42,060 nt of DNA, taken from positions 1 to 42,060 of the IMG/VR virus record IMGVR_UViG_3300012940_001458. The stretch is one strand, 5' to 3'. This stretch comes from a virus. Its lineage: Duplodnaviria > Caudoviricetes. Position 1 is the stretch's first letter; each line of letters opens with the position of its first letter. A program made the position numbers and the translations under genes. Below are positions 26,074-34,818 of this stretch, piece after piece. Below the pieces are notes generated by a model, which worked only from the letters and a program-made list of their open reading frames with translations, searched no databases and was not told where the DNA came from.

Positions 26074-26812
26074 CTGTTGCCTCCATTTCTGCGCGAAGGT
26101 TGCTGATCACGTTGCGGATAGGATTGGGACGCGACGGGGAGCCGCGAGCCTGCGGCGTCAAGCGTTCCGACGCCTTCCGGACCCAATTCCGCCATGTCGC
26201 CACCCACTCGGTTTTGACGCCTTTTGACCCAGGCTGCGCTATCCAATAGTCCCGGAACTTGGCGGCTTCCGATTGGGCTTGGGAAAATGAAAGCCCATGG
26301 CTCACCGCAAAATCGATGTCCGGCTCGAAATCGTCGGGCAAACGACAACCGCGTTTTTTCGGCGCGTCAGCGCGCTCCTCCGAACGAAGTGAGGAGGAGT
26401 TACTGGTGTTCTGGTGTATTGGTGTCTTTAGTGCGTCCGCGCTGCGTCCGTCATGCGTCCCGGCTGCGTCTTCTGTGCGTCCGACTTCTTGATAACGCGA
26501 ATAATTACAGATACTTATCTGCGTCTTTCCTGCGTCCGTTTTTGTCTCAATCATGCGTTCGTTTTCGAGCATGGTCAGGAAGGTGCGAACGCGCTTGTCC
26601 GACTTCCATTTCCAGGCTCGTTGCATTTCCCGGAGGGTGAGGAACATGCTGCCGGTCGGCACATCAACAACTGTCTGCCCGATGCGGTGCTTGGTATCTT
26701 TCCATGCAGCTTTCGAGATCAGCCAGATCCAAGCCTCGCGCTCGCTGAACGGGTCAGCGGCGAACACTTCATGCTCGAATATGGAGGTTTGAACCCGAAC
26801 CCAACGGCTCAT
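26009..26812 (-). CDS. Phage replication initiator (lambda O-like)
   Basis: N-terminal wHTH (EREAWIWLI..A, ISICNYSRYQ), iteron-coded linker, C-terminal RLPDDF..FRDYW..WVATWRNW. Confidence 0.88.
   Translation of the reverse strand: MSRWVRVQTSIFEHEVFAADPFSEREAWIWLISKAAWKDTKHRIGQTVVDVPTGSMFLTLREMQRAWKWKSDKRVRTFLTMLENERMIETKTDAGKTQISICNYSRYQEVGRTEDAAGTHDGRSADALKTPIHQNTSNSSSLRSEERADAPKKRGCRLPDDFEPDIDFAVSHGLSFSQAQSEAAKFRDYWIAQPGSKGVKTEWVATWRNWVRKASERLTPQARGSPSRPNPIRNVISNLRAEMEATGERSAEIGPDRQAYLRLSHGG
26432..26536. repeat. Replication origin iterons: TGCGTC at 11-bp phasing
   Basis: TGCGTC at 26432, 26443, 26454, 26465, 26476, 26520 and 26531, with an AT-rich gap between the groups. Confidence 0.85.
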
Positions 26813-27459
26813 GCGGCGCTCGCTTTCTGCGCCTCGAACAGAATGCGTTCAACGCGATCACGGCCAACACCAGCCAATGCGCACGTCGCTTTGACCGACT
26901 TGCCGAGGCCGAAATACAAATGACGCACAAGACGGTCCCGGCGGCTCTCTCGCTCGCCTCTGGCGGCCATGATGGATTCGTAGGTCGGAACGTCCTCAGG
27001 ATGATCTCGAAGGTACGCGCGAATGCCTGTTATGACGGTGCTGTGGTTCTTGTTGACGCGCCGGGAAATGGCGGCCATCGACATGTCTGTTTCGATGAAG
27101 GCGCGGAAGTACAGCTTGCGGCGGGCGGCAACGATACTGTCGTGTTTCCGCTCACTCCGAAGCTCTAACCTGCTAGTTTGAAACTCATCGCAGATCGATT
27201 TCTCAAGTTCATCCCACTGCCCTAGTGGACCGCGAGGGGCGGGGTTTTCGTGCACTTCGGATATCGGCTCAAGAAACAGCTTGCGCCAACGGTTAACGCA
27301 TTCATCGTCTGCCGATATCTGCCTTAGTGTCGGGGTTGCGGAAGGCAGGGCCGGCACATTCTTGATGCGAACTGGTTTGACGGACGGTCTCCCCATCAGG
27401 CGTTCATGGGCGGCGCGATAATGTTCAACTTGCCCAGCAAGTGTGGATAGGTCGCTCAC
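26809..27459 (-). CDS. Protein with DnaA C-terminal-like HTH
   Basis: ELRSERK..SIVAAR...MSMAAISRRVNKNHSTVITGI resembles the DnaA domain IV RDHTTV helix. Confidence 0.8.
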   Translation of the reverse strand: MSDLSTLAGQVEHYRAAHERLMGRPSVKPVRIKNVPALPSATPTLRQISADDECVNRWRKLFLEPISEVHENPAPRGPLGQWDELEKSICDEFQTSRLELRSERKHDSIVAARRKLYFRAFIETDMSMAAISRRVNKNHSTVITGIRAYLRDHPEDVPTYESIMAARGERESRRDRLVRHLYFGLGKSVKATCALAGVGRDRVERILFEAQKASAA

Positions 27460-27590
27460 TTCCCCCTCTCCTTTGCAGCAATGCGGATTTTGGATTTGGA
27501 CGAACTGATACGCTTCTTGTTCGGATGCCAGCCTTTGGGCTTGGAAAGACCAAGAGCGCGTTCAATGGATTTGGAGCGGATGGGCGTCAT
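27456..27590 (-). CDS. 44-aa basic peptide
   Basis: MTPIRSKSIERALGLSKPKGWHPNKKR...; ATGA and GTGA overlaps on both sides. Confidence 0.5.
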   Translation of the reverse strand: MTPIRSKSIERALGLSKPKGWHPNKKRISSSKSKIRIAAKERGK

Positions 27591-28570
27591 GCGACCGCCT
27601 CGGCAAAGAGGTTGTCGGTCTTGGCCTTTTCGAGTTCGGCAAGATTGCGAACAGCCTGGGCGAAGTAGGAGGCTTTCAGTTCAAAGCCGATGCCCTTACG
27701 GCCCATTTCGACGGCGCTATAAACCTCGCTGCCGATCCCAAGGAACGGGGTCAGAACGGTTTCGCCGGGCAGTGACCATAGGTCGATGCAGCGCTCGATA
27801 ACGTCCAACTGCAGGGGCGAGATATGAACCTCGTCCTTTTCGTCGCGGGCGTTGCGATACTGCAGGGTACGGGTCTGGTTAATGTCCATCCAGACGGGGG
27901 AAGCGTAGCGCTGCCACACAAGGATCGATTTCCACTTGTCATAAGGCCAAGGCTCGCGGCCCTCAGCACGGAAGGCCGCAACCTCTTTGGCGTATGCCTC
28001 GGGGCTGACATCAACATCGGTGCCAATGTAGCGATCGAATGGGCCGGAGACGGGCGCGGCGTTATCTCCCGGCTTGCGGAACGTCACGATGTAGTCTGCA
28101 AGGCCCTGCCCGCTTATGGTGCTGTCTTTGAGGACTTGGGCATGCAACAGGCGAATGGATTTCGTGCGCTGCTGCGCAACAACCGGGTCTTTCCAGATGC
28201 AGACTTCGGAGTGGAAAATCCAGCCGGCGTTGACATAGGCATTGACCACTTCGCCGCGAAAGTCGCGCATGCCGATGAAACCGTCGCGCGTCTTGCTGGT
28301 CGGCAGTTGCATGCAATGAACGCTATGCAGGCGACCCGGCTTCGTTACACGCAACAATTCCTGGATCAGAAAAGCGTAGTGGGTCCAAAAGCCGTCTTTG
28401 TCATTGTTGGAAATGTCGCGGTCGGAATTGCTGAACCGGTAAAGCCCTTCAAACGGAGGGGAGTGAATACCGAAATCAATGCTGTCGCCAGAAACGGCGC
28501 GGATCAACTCGCAACTGTCGCCGTGATAGATGGCATAGCGGTCGGTCAAGACCTGATCGATGACCTTCAT
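27587..28570 (-). CDS. N4/N6 DNA methyltransferase (beta class)
   Basis: Motif IV HSPPF precedes motif I TPFLGIGSE; GRKGIGFEL. Confidence 0.92.
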   Translation of the reverse strand: MKVIDQVLTDRYAIYHGDSCELIRAVSGDSIDFGIHSPPFEGLYRFSNSDRDISNNDKDGFWTHYAFLIQELLRVTKPGRLHSVHCMQLPTSKTRDGFIGMRDFRGEVVNAYVNAGWIFHSEVCIWKDPVVAQQRTKSIRLLHAQVLKDSTISGQGLADYIVTFRKPGDNAAPVSGPFDRYIGTDVDVSPEAYAKEVAAFRAEGREPWPYDKWKSILVWQRYASPVWMDINQTRTLQYRNARDEKDEVHISPLQLDVIERCIDLWSLPGETVLTPFLGIGSEVYSAVEMGRKGIGFELKASYFAQAVRNLAELEKAKTDNLFAEAVA

Positions 28571-29952
28571 GCTGCAACTCCAATCCACTCGGGGAGCGAC
28601 ATAGGCACGGTCGGGAAATAGTCTGACCGCGTGCGCGACATGCCGCGAATGTTCTCTGCCGATAGGTCGGCCATATGCTCGACAAGAGCCGCCGCCATCC
28701 GTTCGGCATCGGCTTCCTTGCGGCGCAGGTTTGCCACTACGGCGCCTTCTGTTTCGGCGCTGATGAAATGCACGGTGACGGGCTTCTTTTGCCCGAATCG
28801 CCAGAAACGGCGTTCGGCCTGGTAAATCTGCTCGAAGCTGTCATTGAGCCCGACAAAGCCGGTATCGGCGCAGTGCTGCCAGTTCATACCGAAGCCGGCA
28901 ATTGACGGCTTGGTCACCAGAACGCGGATTTCGCCGTTCGTGAAGGCGCGCAACTTCGCCTCCTTGGCGTCGTCGCTATCAGATCCCCGCACATCGACGG
29001 CATCGGGGATCGCGGCGCAAAGCGCTTCGCTTTCGGCGTTGAGGTTGCACCACCACACAAACGGCCGGTTGCCATGGGTGATCGATGCAGCGAGTTCAAC
29101 GCGCTCCGATACGGTATCGCGGCGCGCAGCCATGCGCTCTTGCAGGGTTCGCGCTTCCATCGGGAATAAGAGGCCCGTGTCAATGCTTGGGGCGTATTCT
29201 GCTGCAACGACATGCTGCTGCCTTTTGATCGGTGGCAGGTCATACCCATCATCGGAATATCCGAGGTCGGAAGGCTTGCGCAGCATGACGGCCCATGAGG
29301 CCATCCACTTCCAGAACTCGGTTTCGGCATGGCCTTTGAGTCGCCACTTCTGTGTGTCGCCGCCATCATGGGTGAAGAACGTCGCCAGCATATCCGTGTA
29401 GGACATGGCGCCGATGAACTCGGCATGATTGCCAAGCTCCATGAAGTCGTTCGGAGCCGGCGTAGCAGTGGCAGCGAGCCGGAACGGCACATCGGCGCAA
29501 TCTTCAATGAGCTTGGTGCGATATTTCCCGTCCGTGCTTTTGAGGATGGAGCTTTCATCCAGAGCAATGCCGCCAAGCTCGCCTATCGCGAACCTGTCGA
29601 GCTTCTGGTAGTTGGTGACGTCGATAACGCCATCCGACCGGGCCGACACGACGCGAGCAGGAATGCCGAAATTGTCGGCCTCGCGCTCGTGCTGATGCGA
29701 GACTGCCAATGGCGCCAGCAACAGGACGGGCTTCTTGGTGTAGCGCGATACTTCATGCGCCCACACCAATTCCATCAAGGTCTTGCCGAGACCTGTGCCG
29801 GCGAAGATCGCCGCTCGGCCCCTACGCAGCGCCCATTGCGTAATGTCCGCCTGGTGCGGGAACATGTAGCTCGGAAGCTGGATGCGCTCGATAATACCGG
29901 TATCGGGATCGGTCATGCGCTTGCTCTCGAGGAATGAAGCGTATTCGCTCAC
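28567..29952 (-). CDS. SF2 (SNF2-like) helicase
   Basis: GTGLGKT, LDESS, ATATP, GFGMNWQ, QAERRFWRFGQ; GTG start at 29952. Confidence 0.92.
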   Translation of the reverse strand: MSEYASFLESKRMTDPDTGIIERIQLPSYMFPHQADITQWALRRGRAAIFAGTGLGKTLMELVWAHEVSRYTKKPVLLLAPLAVSHQHEREADNFGIPARVVSARSDGVIDVTNYQKLDRFAIGELGGIALDESSILKSTDGKYRTKLIEDCADVPFRLAATATPAPNDFMELGNHAEFIGAMSYTDMLATFFTHDGGDTQKWRLKGHAETEFWKWMASWAVMLRKPSDLGYSDDGYDLPPIKRQQHVVAAEYAPSIDTGLLFPMEARTLQERMAARRDTVSERVELAASITHGNRPFVWWCNLNAESEALCAAIPDAVDVRGSDSDDAKEAKLRAFTNGEIRVLVTKPSIAGFGMNWQHCADTGFVGLNDSFEQIYQAERRFWRFGQKKPVTVHFISAETEGAVVANLRRKEADAERMAAALVEHMADLSAENIRGMSRTRSDYFPTVPMSLPEWIGVAA

Positions 29953-30092
29953 CCCACCCTCCCCGGCACATTGCGAGCGCGCTTGGATGCGAGCAATTGC
30001 GCCGTGGTTTCGGCGAACTTGCCGGCAAGCCGGTAGCGCGACCACTTCTTGGGCTTCCATGAATGAAGGCGGCAGCGAGGATCGGGCTTCAT
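29949..30092 (-). CDS. 47-aa basic peptide
   Basis: MKPDPRCRLHSWKPKKW...; coupled at both ends. Confidence 0.45.
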   Translation of the reverse strand: MKPDPRCRLHSWKPKKWSRYRLAGKFAETTAQLLASKRARNVPGRVG

Positions 30093-30346
30093 TCCGCGGC
30101 CTCGATTTCATCAAGGCGCTTGCGAGCCTGCTCAACTGTCAGCCAGTTATCCTTGCTGCCCACCGACATTGACTTGCTGATGATCCACAGCACCCAGATA
30201 ACGCCGGCCATCCATTGCAGGGCAGCGCTGCTGATCCAAACGCCTACGGCGATAGAAGCGAGCAAAGCGATCGTTGAAACAGCATCCTTCGCGATGGATT
30301 CCGCCAGCGTCTCGTGAACGATGATGATGCGGGGCTTGCTGGTCAT
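30089..30346 (-). CDS. Two-TM membrane protein (85 aa)
   Basis: Two hydrophobic helices; ATGA overlaps. Confidence 0.7.
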   Translation of the reverse strand: MTSKPRIIIVHETLAESIAKDAVSTIALLASIAVGVWISSAALQWMAGVIWVLWIISKSMSVGSKDNWLTVEQARKRLDEIEAAE

Positions 30347-30705
30347 TCCGCCGCCCTGCCCTGTTGCTTGACGTCAGAGGCGGCACATATGGCAGCCTGC
30401 GCGCCAGCCTTGACGGCGAGAACCATCTCGCGACGGGCCTGCAACTGCTGCCGGATCGCTAGCTTGTTGCGCAAGATCGTATCGATTTGACGGGCCTCGT
30501 CCTCGTTCGTGGCCTTCATGTCGGCTTCGACAAGCCAGAGGTCAGATTCCGCCTTGGCGAGAATGTCCTGCTGAGCGGCGATGTAGGTTGCGCGCTCATC
30601 AAGAACGGGAGCGGTAGGAACCGGCATTGCTGCATTCGGCTCCGGCGTAATGCCTTCGATGCTCACGACTGAAAGGGCAGGCTTACGCTTGGCGGTCATC
30701 GTCAT
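30343..30705 (-). CDS. Coiled-coil hypothetical protein
   Basis: GAGGAG RBS; helical composition. Confidence 0.7.
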   Translation of the reverse strand: MTMTAKRKPALSVVSIEGITPEPNAAMPVPTAPVLDERATYIAAQQDILAKAESDLWLVEADMKATNEDEARQIDTILRNKLAIRQQLQARREMVLAVKAGAQAAICAASDVKQQGRAAE

Positions 30706-30710
30706 TCTCC

Positions 30711-31139
30711 TCAGGTTCGTTCGGCAGCCGTTCGCGCTTCTTCGCCCGGCGCAATTCCCAAAAACTGCGCCATATCAGCGACCAGCCGGTCACGAGACGG
30801 CGAAGGCGGGAGGGCTTTGAGCGCGATGTAATTTTCGGCAACTTTGGCCTCCACGGATTCGATGTGAGTGCGATATGCAGCCCTGAGCCGGAAGTAGGTG
30901 GAAGCCCCGACCTCTTGCGGCTTGCGATAGAGCAGCGACCAGATGGTGTTCGGCGTCACGTTGGCCCAACGCGCGGCTGTATGGATCGCGCGATCACGCC
31001 CGCCTGCCCCCAAGTGTTCGGCACGCTGCACGAGTGCCAAGGCCCACTTGGTGGCCCTTTGGACCAAGGCACTCGGCTCGATTTCGCTTGCGGTCAGATC
31101 AGTCAATTCTTGATCCTCACGAAGTGGATTTTTGCGCAT
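30711..31139 (-). CDS. Phage transcriptional regulator (CII-like HTH candidate)
   Basis: AIHTAARWANVTPNTIWSLLYRKP HTH-like segment; start uncertain. Confidence 0.6.
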   Translation of the reverse strand: MRKNPLREDQELTDLTASEIEPSALVQRATKWALALVQRAEHLGAGGRDRAIHTAARWANVTPNTIWSLLYRKPQEVGASTYFRLRAAYRTHIESVEAKVAENYIALKALPPSPSRDRLVADMAQFLGIAPGEEARTAAERT

Positions 31140-31201
31140 TTCGCAAACGCCTTCCCGATAGGTTTTGAACCATCGGTTGAAGGCGTTGAAAGGAACGCGG
31201 T

Positions 31202-31417
31202 ATGGCAATGCAGCGCCTCGGAGACGTGGTTTTGGATGTGCTTGAGGAGCTTGCGATAGACGCGCGAGAACTGGCCCTGGCAGGCGAGTTTGCGCGGGAA
31301 AGAAAAGGGGCGGGTCGCGATTGGAACGCGATCAACGCCCAGTTGCGGCGCGTCATGAACAGGCAGGGAGGGATGTACCTGCTCGAGACTGGTGCGCCGG
31401 GGGGCTGTATTTGGTGA
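31202..31417 (+). CDS. 71-aa protein antisense to the early lytic operon
   Basis: Fills the intergenic gap; amphipathic MQRLGDVVLDVLEELA. Confidence 0.45.
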   Translation: MAMQRLGDVVLDVLEELAIDARELALAGEFARERKGAGRDWNAINAQLRRVMNRQGGMYLLETGAPGGCIW

Positions 31418-31427
31418 AGGGGTGAGG

Positions 31428-32096
31428 TCATGCCGCCACCGAATGCAGGTTATGGCCTGTATTTTGAGATCGGATTTCCCGGATATGACCTGTAAAATTT
31501 CCCCACTGGTCAGCCATAGCAGCCGCGATACCTTCAAAGGTGCGGCTGCGGTCGGCTTTCCGGTTTGGTCCGGGCGGCATGCGGAATACGCGCTGCTCGC
31601 GGCCCTCTACGATGTCGGTGGCCATGAGCGGCGGCAGGCCGCGAAGCCAAAGACACGTAGCCTTGGTTTCTCCGTGGCCGAACATCCAGGGTTGGATGAT
31701 CTGCGTCGGCTCAGGAATGCTGAACAGGCGCTTGGGATGGCCGAGCATGATCGGGTTTTCGACCGCGACCATCGGGGCCGGCGCATTGAGCATCAGGAGA
31801 AAGAATTGAGCAGCAGCGCCCATCTTTGCCCAGCGATCGGGCTCTGGACCGTTGGCAGCGTTCATGCCGGCGTAGAGGTGCTTGGCGCCGCTGTTGGCGA
31901 GATACGTGCATTCGGGGTGGGCAATGATCAAATCCCAGCCGCCGGCATAAGCCGCCGCGACGGCATCACCCTGGATATGGAACGGGCTGCCATCATCAGC
32001 AGGGACAAGATCATTGCTCCAGGCATCGTGACCGAGGCGCCGGAAGGCGGAACGGACAATGCCAGAACGCTCGCATGCAACGAGGACGCGGCTCAT
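31428..32096 (-). CDS. Short phage DNA cytosine methyltransferase-like protein
   Basis: VLVACERSG, DLIIAHPECTYL (PxC), ENP, K.TCLW, RSRTFEGIAAAMADQW. Confidence 0.8.
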   Translation of the reverse strand: MSRVLVACERSGIVRSAFRRLGHDAWSNDLVPADDGSPFHIQGDAVAAAYAGGWDLIIAHPECTYLANSGAKHLYAGMNAANGPEPDRWAKMGAAAQFFLLMLNAPAPMVAVENPIMLGHPKRLFSIPEPTQIIQPWMFGHGETKATCLWLRGLPPLMATDIVEGREQRVFRMPPGPNRKADRSRTFEGIAAAMADQWGNFTGHIREIRSQNTGHNLHSVAA

Positions 32097-32179
32097 ATGG
32101 GCCACCCGGCAATCGCCGGCAGCAGCGCAATGACTGCAATACCGACAAGGATGATGAATACGTCAGATGAGCGGATCAT
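32093..32179 (-). CDS. 28-aa single-TM peptide
   Basis: MIRSSDVFIILVGIAVIALLPAIAGWPI*; ATGA overlaps at both ends. Confidence 0.55.
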   Translation of the reverse strand: MIRSSDVFIILVGIAVIALLPAIAGWPI

Positions 32180-33024
32180 GCGCGAGCCCTCGATTTATCC
32201 ATGACGGCTTCGCCAGTGATGTTCGTCAGCGCATGCGCGATATTGGCGGCGCCAGCCGCATAGAGATTTGCCTTAACCGCGTCCCACCATTCGCCAGGAA
32301 CATGCTCGGCAATAATCTCAGCAACTTCCTTGGCGGCGCGGGCTTTCACATCAGCGTCGATTTTGGAGCGCGTAGCGGCTTTGTTCGCCTCGCGCTGCTG
32401 GCTTTTGAGGAAGGAGAGATCACGCCTTGCGGCAGCGACTTGTTCGTTCGGCGGCAGCTTCTTGAGCTTGTCGAGGTAGGTTCCAGTATCGAGCTTTGTG
32501 CCTCGGATCATTTCGAGGACTTCGCCAATTACCTTTTCGCCTCGCTCTGCGTGGAGTTGAACAACTCGCTCGGACTGTCCCGTTGCCTTTGCGGTGTCCG
32601 CGCTAAACCGCTGAGTTCCAGGTGTCGCAAACTTTGCGACACCATCACCGGCAAGGTTCCCGCCGTGGCGCGTCTCTGGATGCAGGGCTTCGTAAATCGC
32701 CTTGCGGCGAGCCGTCTGCGCCGCCCTGTCAGCGGGACTAAGCTCTGCCCGGCACAGGTTCTCATCGATCATCGCCAATTCGGCGTGGAGGTCGTCGTCC
32801 TCGACTACATCGCAGGCGATTTCCGCCAGCCCGAGAGCCTTGCAGGCTTCAAGGCGATGAACGCCGGCAACAACCTCCCAACCAGCCGATATCTTGCGGA
32901 CCCGGATCGGATTGATGAGCCCGACAGCAGCAATGCTTTCAGCCAAAGCCGCCACCGTATCGGCATTGATCGCGCGGGCGTCAGGGCGCTGATTGATTTC
33001 GTTGGTTGGGAGGTCGCCAAGCAT
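32176..33024 (-). CDS. ParB N-terminal domain protein
   Basis: LAESIAAVGLINPI, VAGVHRLEA, IDENLCRAEL. Confidence 0.9.
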   Translation of the reverse strand: MLGDLPTNEINQRPDARAINADTVAALAESIAAVGLINPIRVRKISAGWEVVAGVHRLEACKALGLAEIACDVVEDDDLHAELAMIDENLCRAELSPADRAAQTARRKAIYEALHPETRHGGNLAGDGVAKFATPGTQRFSADTAKATGQSERVVQLHAERGEKVIGEVLEMIRGTKLDTGTYLDKLKKLPPNEQVAAARRDLSFLKSQQREANKAATRSKIDADVKARAAKEVAEIIAEHVPGEWWDAVKANLYAAGAANIAHALTNITGEAVMDKSRARA

Positions 33025-34062
33025 TTACGCCTCCAAGTCCGGCAGCTTGCCGCCAAGGATCGGCATGCGAGATACGTGCTCGCCACGACGATGAGCGTTC
33101 CAGCCGCGAAAGATCAGTTCGGTTCGCTCTGCAACCGTCAGGCCGCTCTTGTCCATGAGGCGGTTGCGGACATAGAGGATGGGATCACCGCGCTCCAGAT
33201 TGGTGCCGCTAATCAGCGCCTCAATGAAGTTTTCAGCATCGGCCGGATTGGCCCATTTGGTGAAATACCAGCGGCAGAAGGCGAGGACCGGCCGGCCACC
33301 GATCTTGCGAACGCCATACTGCGGGATGCGCTGCACGTGCCGCTCAAGTGCGCCGTTGCTGGCGATGAATGCCATAAGCTCGGCCTTGGTCGGCCGCATG
33401 TCCTTGCTGCGGGTGGTGAAGCCGTACTTTTCCACCTGCCATGCGATATAGGCGGCGCTCGCCAAGATCGGGGCGCCAACATGCCCGTCCATGGTGAGAT
33501 AGTCGCTGATCAGGCGGTTCTTGCCCTGGTCGAGAGTGGTCCGGGTTTCGCGCTCAGGACCGATAACGAGGATGGCCTTGATCGGCATCTTTGCTGCGAC
33601 AACAGCGGAGCAACGATGCTGCCCATCGTTCAGGAAACCGTCATTGGAGACGATGACGCTCTCACCGTTAAAGGTCCAATTGTCTTCCTTGATGTCGCGC
33701 GCGAATTGCTCAACGAGGTTTTCGCTGATCTTCCGGTTTGCCGGATTGCGCTCCAAAAGCGCGGTCGCGAGATCGGGAGTGATTTCCACCACCTGAGTGG
33801 TGACGGTTCCCGCCGCCTTGCTGACCTGATCGGTGAGCCACAGAGAGGCGGAACGGACGCCAGAAATAGTGTGAAAGCGTGCAACATTTGCCGCCTTCTG
33901 CTTGCCCGCAATGGGCGTTTCGGCTATAGTCTGCATTGCATTACCTTGAATGGGGCGGGCGCTTCCGGGCGCGCCGCCCTTTCCTTTGGGCGCCGCCGGA
34001 ACAGCGATGGATGCCCGCATTTCGCGGGCAGAATTGATGAGACGGTCAGCGGCCCGCGCCAT
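33025..34062 (-). CDS. ParB/Srx-superfamily DGQHR protein (start may be 33936)
   Basis: ITPDLA..LLERN..NR, W.FNGESV, LNDGQHR, LDQG..R. Confidence 0.8.
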   Translation of the reverse strand: MARAADRLINSAREMRASIAVPAAPKGKGGAPGSARPIQGNAMQTIAETPIAGKQKAANVARFHTISGVRSASLWLTDQVSKAAGTVTTQVVEITPDLATALLERNPANRKISENLVEQFARDIKEDNWTFNGESVIVSNDGFLNDGQHRCSAVVAAKMPIKAILVIGPERETRTTLDQGKNRLISDYLTMDGHVGAPILASAAYIAWQVEKYGFTTRSKDMRPTKAELMAFIASNGALERHVQRIPQYGVRKIGGRPVLAFCRWYFTKWANPADAENFIEALISGTNLERGDPILYVRNRLMDKSGLTVAERTELIFRGWNAHRRGEHVSRMPILGGKLPDLEA

Positions 34063-34298
34063 TACGCCACCTCCCCATTCGAGGCAGGCTCGTTGCTGAT
34101 GAAGATGCGGGAGAGGTCTGGGCGGAGCTCATGGCGGGAAATGCCGGTGAGGCCTTCCACCTTCGTTACCTTGTCGTACGGAACCCGGCGTTTATCGGTT
34201 TCGTAGCGATGCCATTGCACCCCACTGACACCAACGAGTTTCCCAGCGTCTTCAAGGCTAAGGCGGTTTTGTGCGCGCCATTGTTTGAGCTTCAACAT
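34062..34298 (-). CDS. cro: Cro-like HTH repressor
   Basis: XRE HTH ending GISRHELRPDL; divergent from cI; ATG 7 nt after a -10, probably leaderless. Confidence 0.85.
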   Translation of the reverse strand: MLKLKQWRAQNRLSLEDAGKLVGVSGVQWHRYETDKRRVPYDKVTKVEGLTGISRHELRPDLSRIFISNEPASNGEVA

Positions 34299-34305
34299 GC
34301 CGCAT

Positions 34306-34381
34306 GACTTACCATGACGGTAAATCGCGCGCAAGCGTTTTTACCATCATGGGGGACTACGCCGCGATGCCATCTTGGTAA
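34306..34381. promoter_or_regulatory. Right operator region: three TTACC-N5-GGTAA-type operators overlapping PR
   Basis: TTACCATGACGGTAA 34309-34323, TTACCATCATGGGGG 34341-34355, ATGCCATCTTGGTAA 34367-34381; minus-strand CTTGCG-18-TAAGTC. Confidence 0.85.
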
Positions 34382-34390
34382 AAGCGCGGA

Positions 34391-34771
34391 ATGACCAAGC
34401 GCTACGAGCTAGAGTCCGCCCCGAAAATGCCCCGCTACTTCAAGGAGTGGCGGGACCTGAGGGGCTGGACGCAACAAGAGCTTGCAGACAAGATGGAAAC
34501 CACCGTTGCTATGGTTTCGCGCATCGAAAGTGGCGAGCGGGATTGGGGCAAGAACTACCTTGAGGCCTTCGGCCACATCATCGGCTGTCATCCGTTGGCG
34601 CCGCTTCTTTCTCCGCCGCGTGCAGACGTTGACGTTTCCGCACTGCTCGTCGCGATGGGAATGCTGAGTGAGTTTTCGGAAGAATCCTTGGAAAGGGCGT
34701 CCCGCAGCCTGCAATCTCTAGCCCGCGCATCTGAGCGAGAACAACGTCCCGCTGCCAAGGCTCAGCCTTGA
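34391..34771 (+). CDS. cI: CI-like repressor (XRE HTH, no S24 peptidase domain)
   Basis: FKEWRDLRGWTQQELADKMETTVAMVSRIESGER; only 126 aa. Confidence 0.88.
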   Translation: MTKRYELESAPKMPRYFKEWRDLRGWTQQELADKMETTVAMVSRIESGERDWGKNYLEAFGHIIGCHPLAPLLSPPRADVDVSALLVAMGMLSEFSEESLERASRSLQSLARASEREQRPAAKAQP

Positions 34772-34805
34772 TCCATGCCGCGATGAACGCCTCTGCCTTT
34801 GTCAT
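34578..34805 (-). CDS. Candidate SOS-induced antirepressor (75 aa) overlapping cI on the opposite strand
   Basis: GGGGGCAGGA RBS; MTKAEAFIAAWIKAEPWQRDVVLAQMRG; directly downstream of the LexA box. Confidence 0.5.
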   Translation of the reverse strand: MTKAEAFIAAWIKAEPWQRDVVLAQMRGLEIAGCGTPFPRILPKTHSAFPSRRAVRKRQRLHAAEKEAAPTDDSR

Positions 34806-34818
34806 TTCCTGCCCCCAT

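Noticed and set aside
26432-26536. Short regular repeats as a CRISPR array
   Set aside because: 6-bp units with 5-bp spacers inside a coding gene; they fit iterons
28567-30135. Extended N-termini in the ORF track (helicase; also terS, GNAT, portal)
   Set aside because: Extensions overlap upstream genes; coupled internal starts fit better
32167-34206. 679-aa plus-strand ORF
   Set aside because: Antisense shadow of the ParB, DGQHR and cro genes; no motifs or RBS; expected in GC-rich DNA
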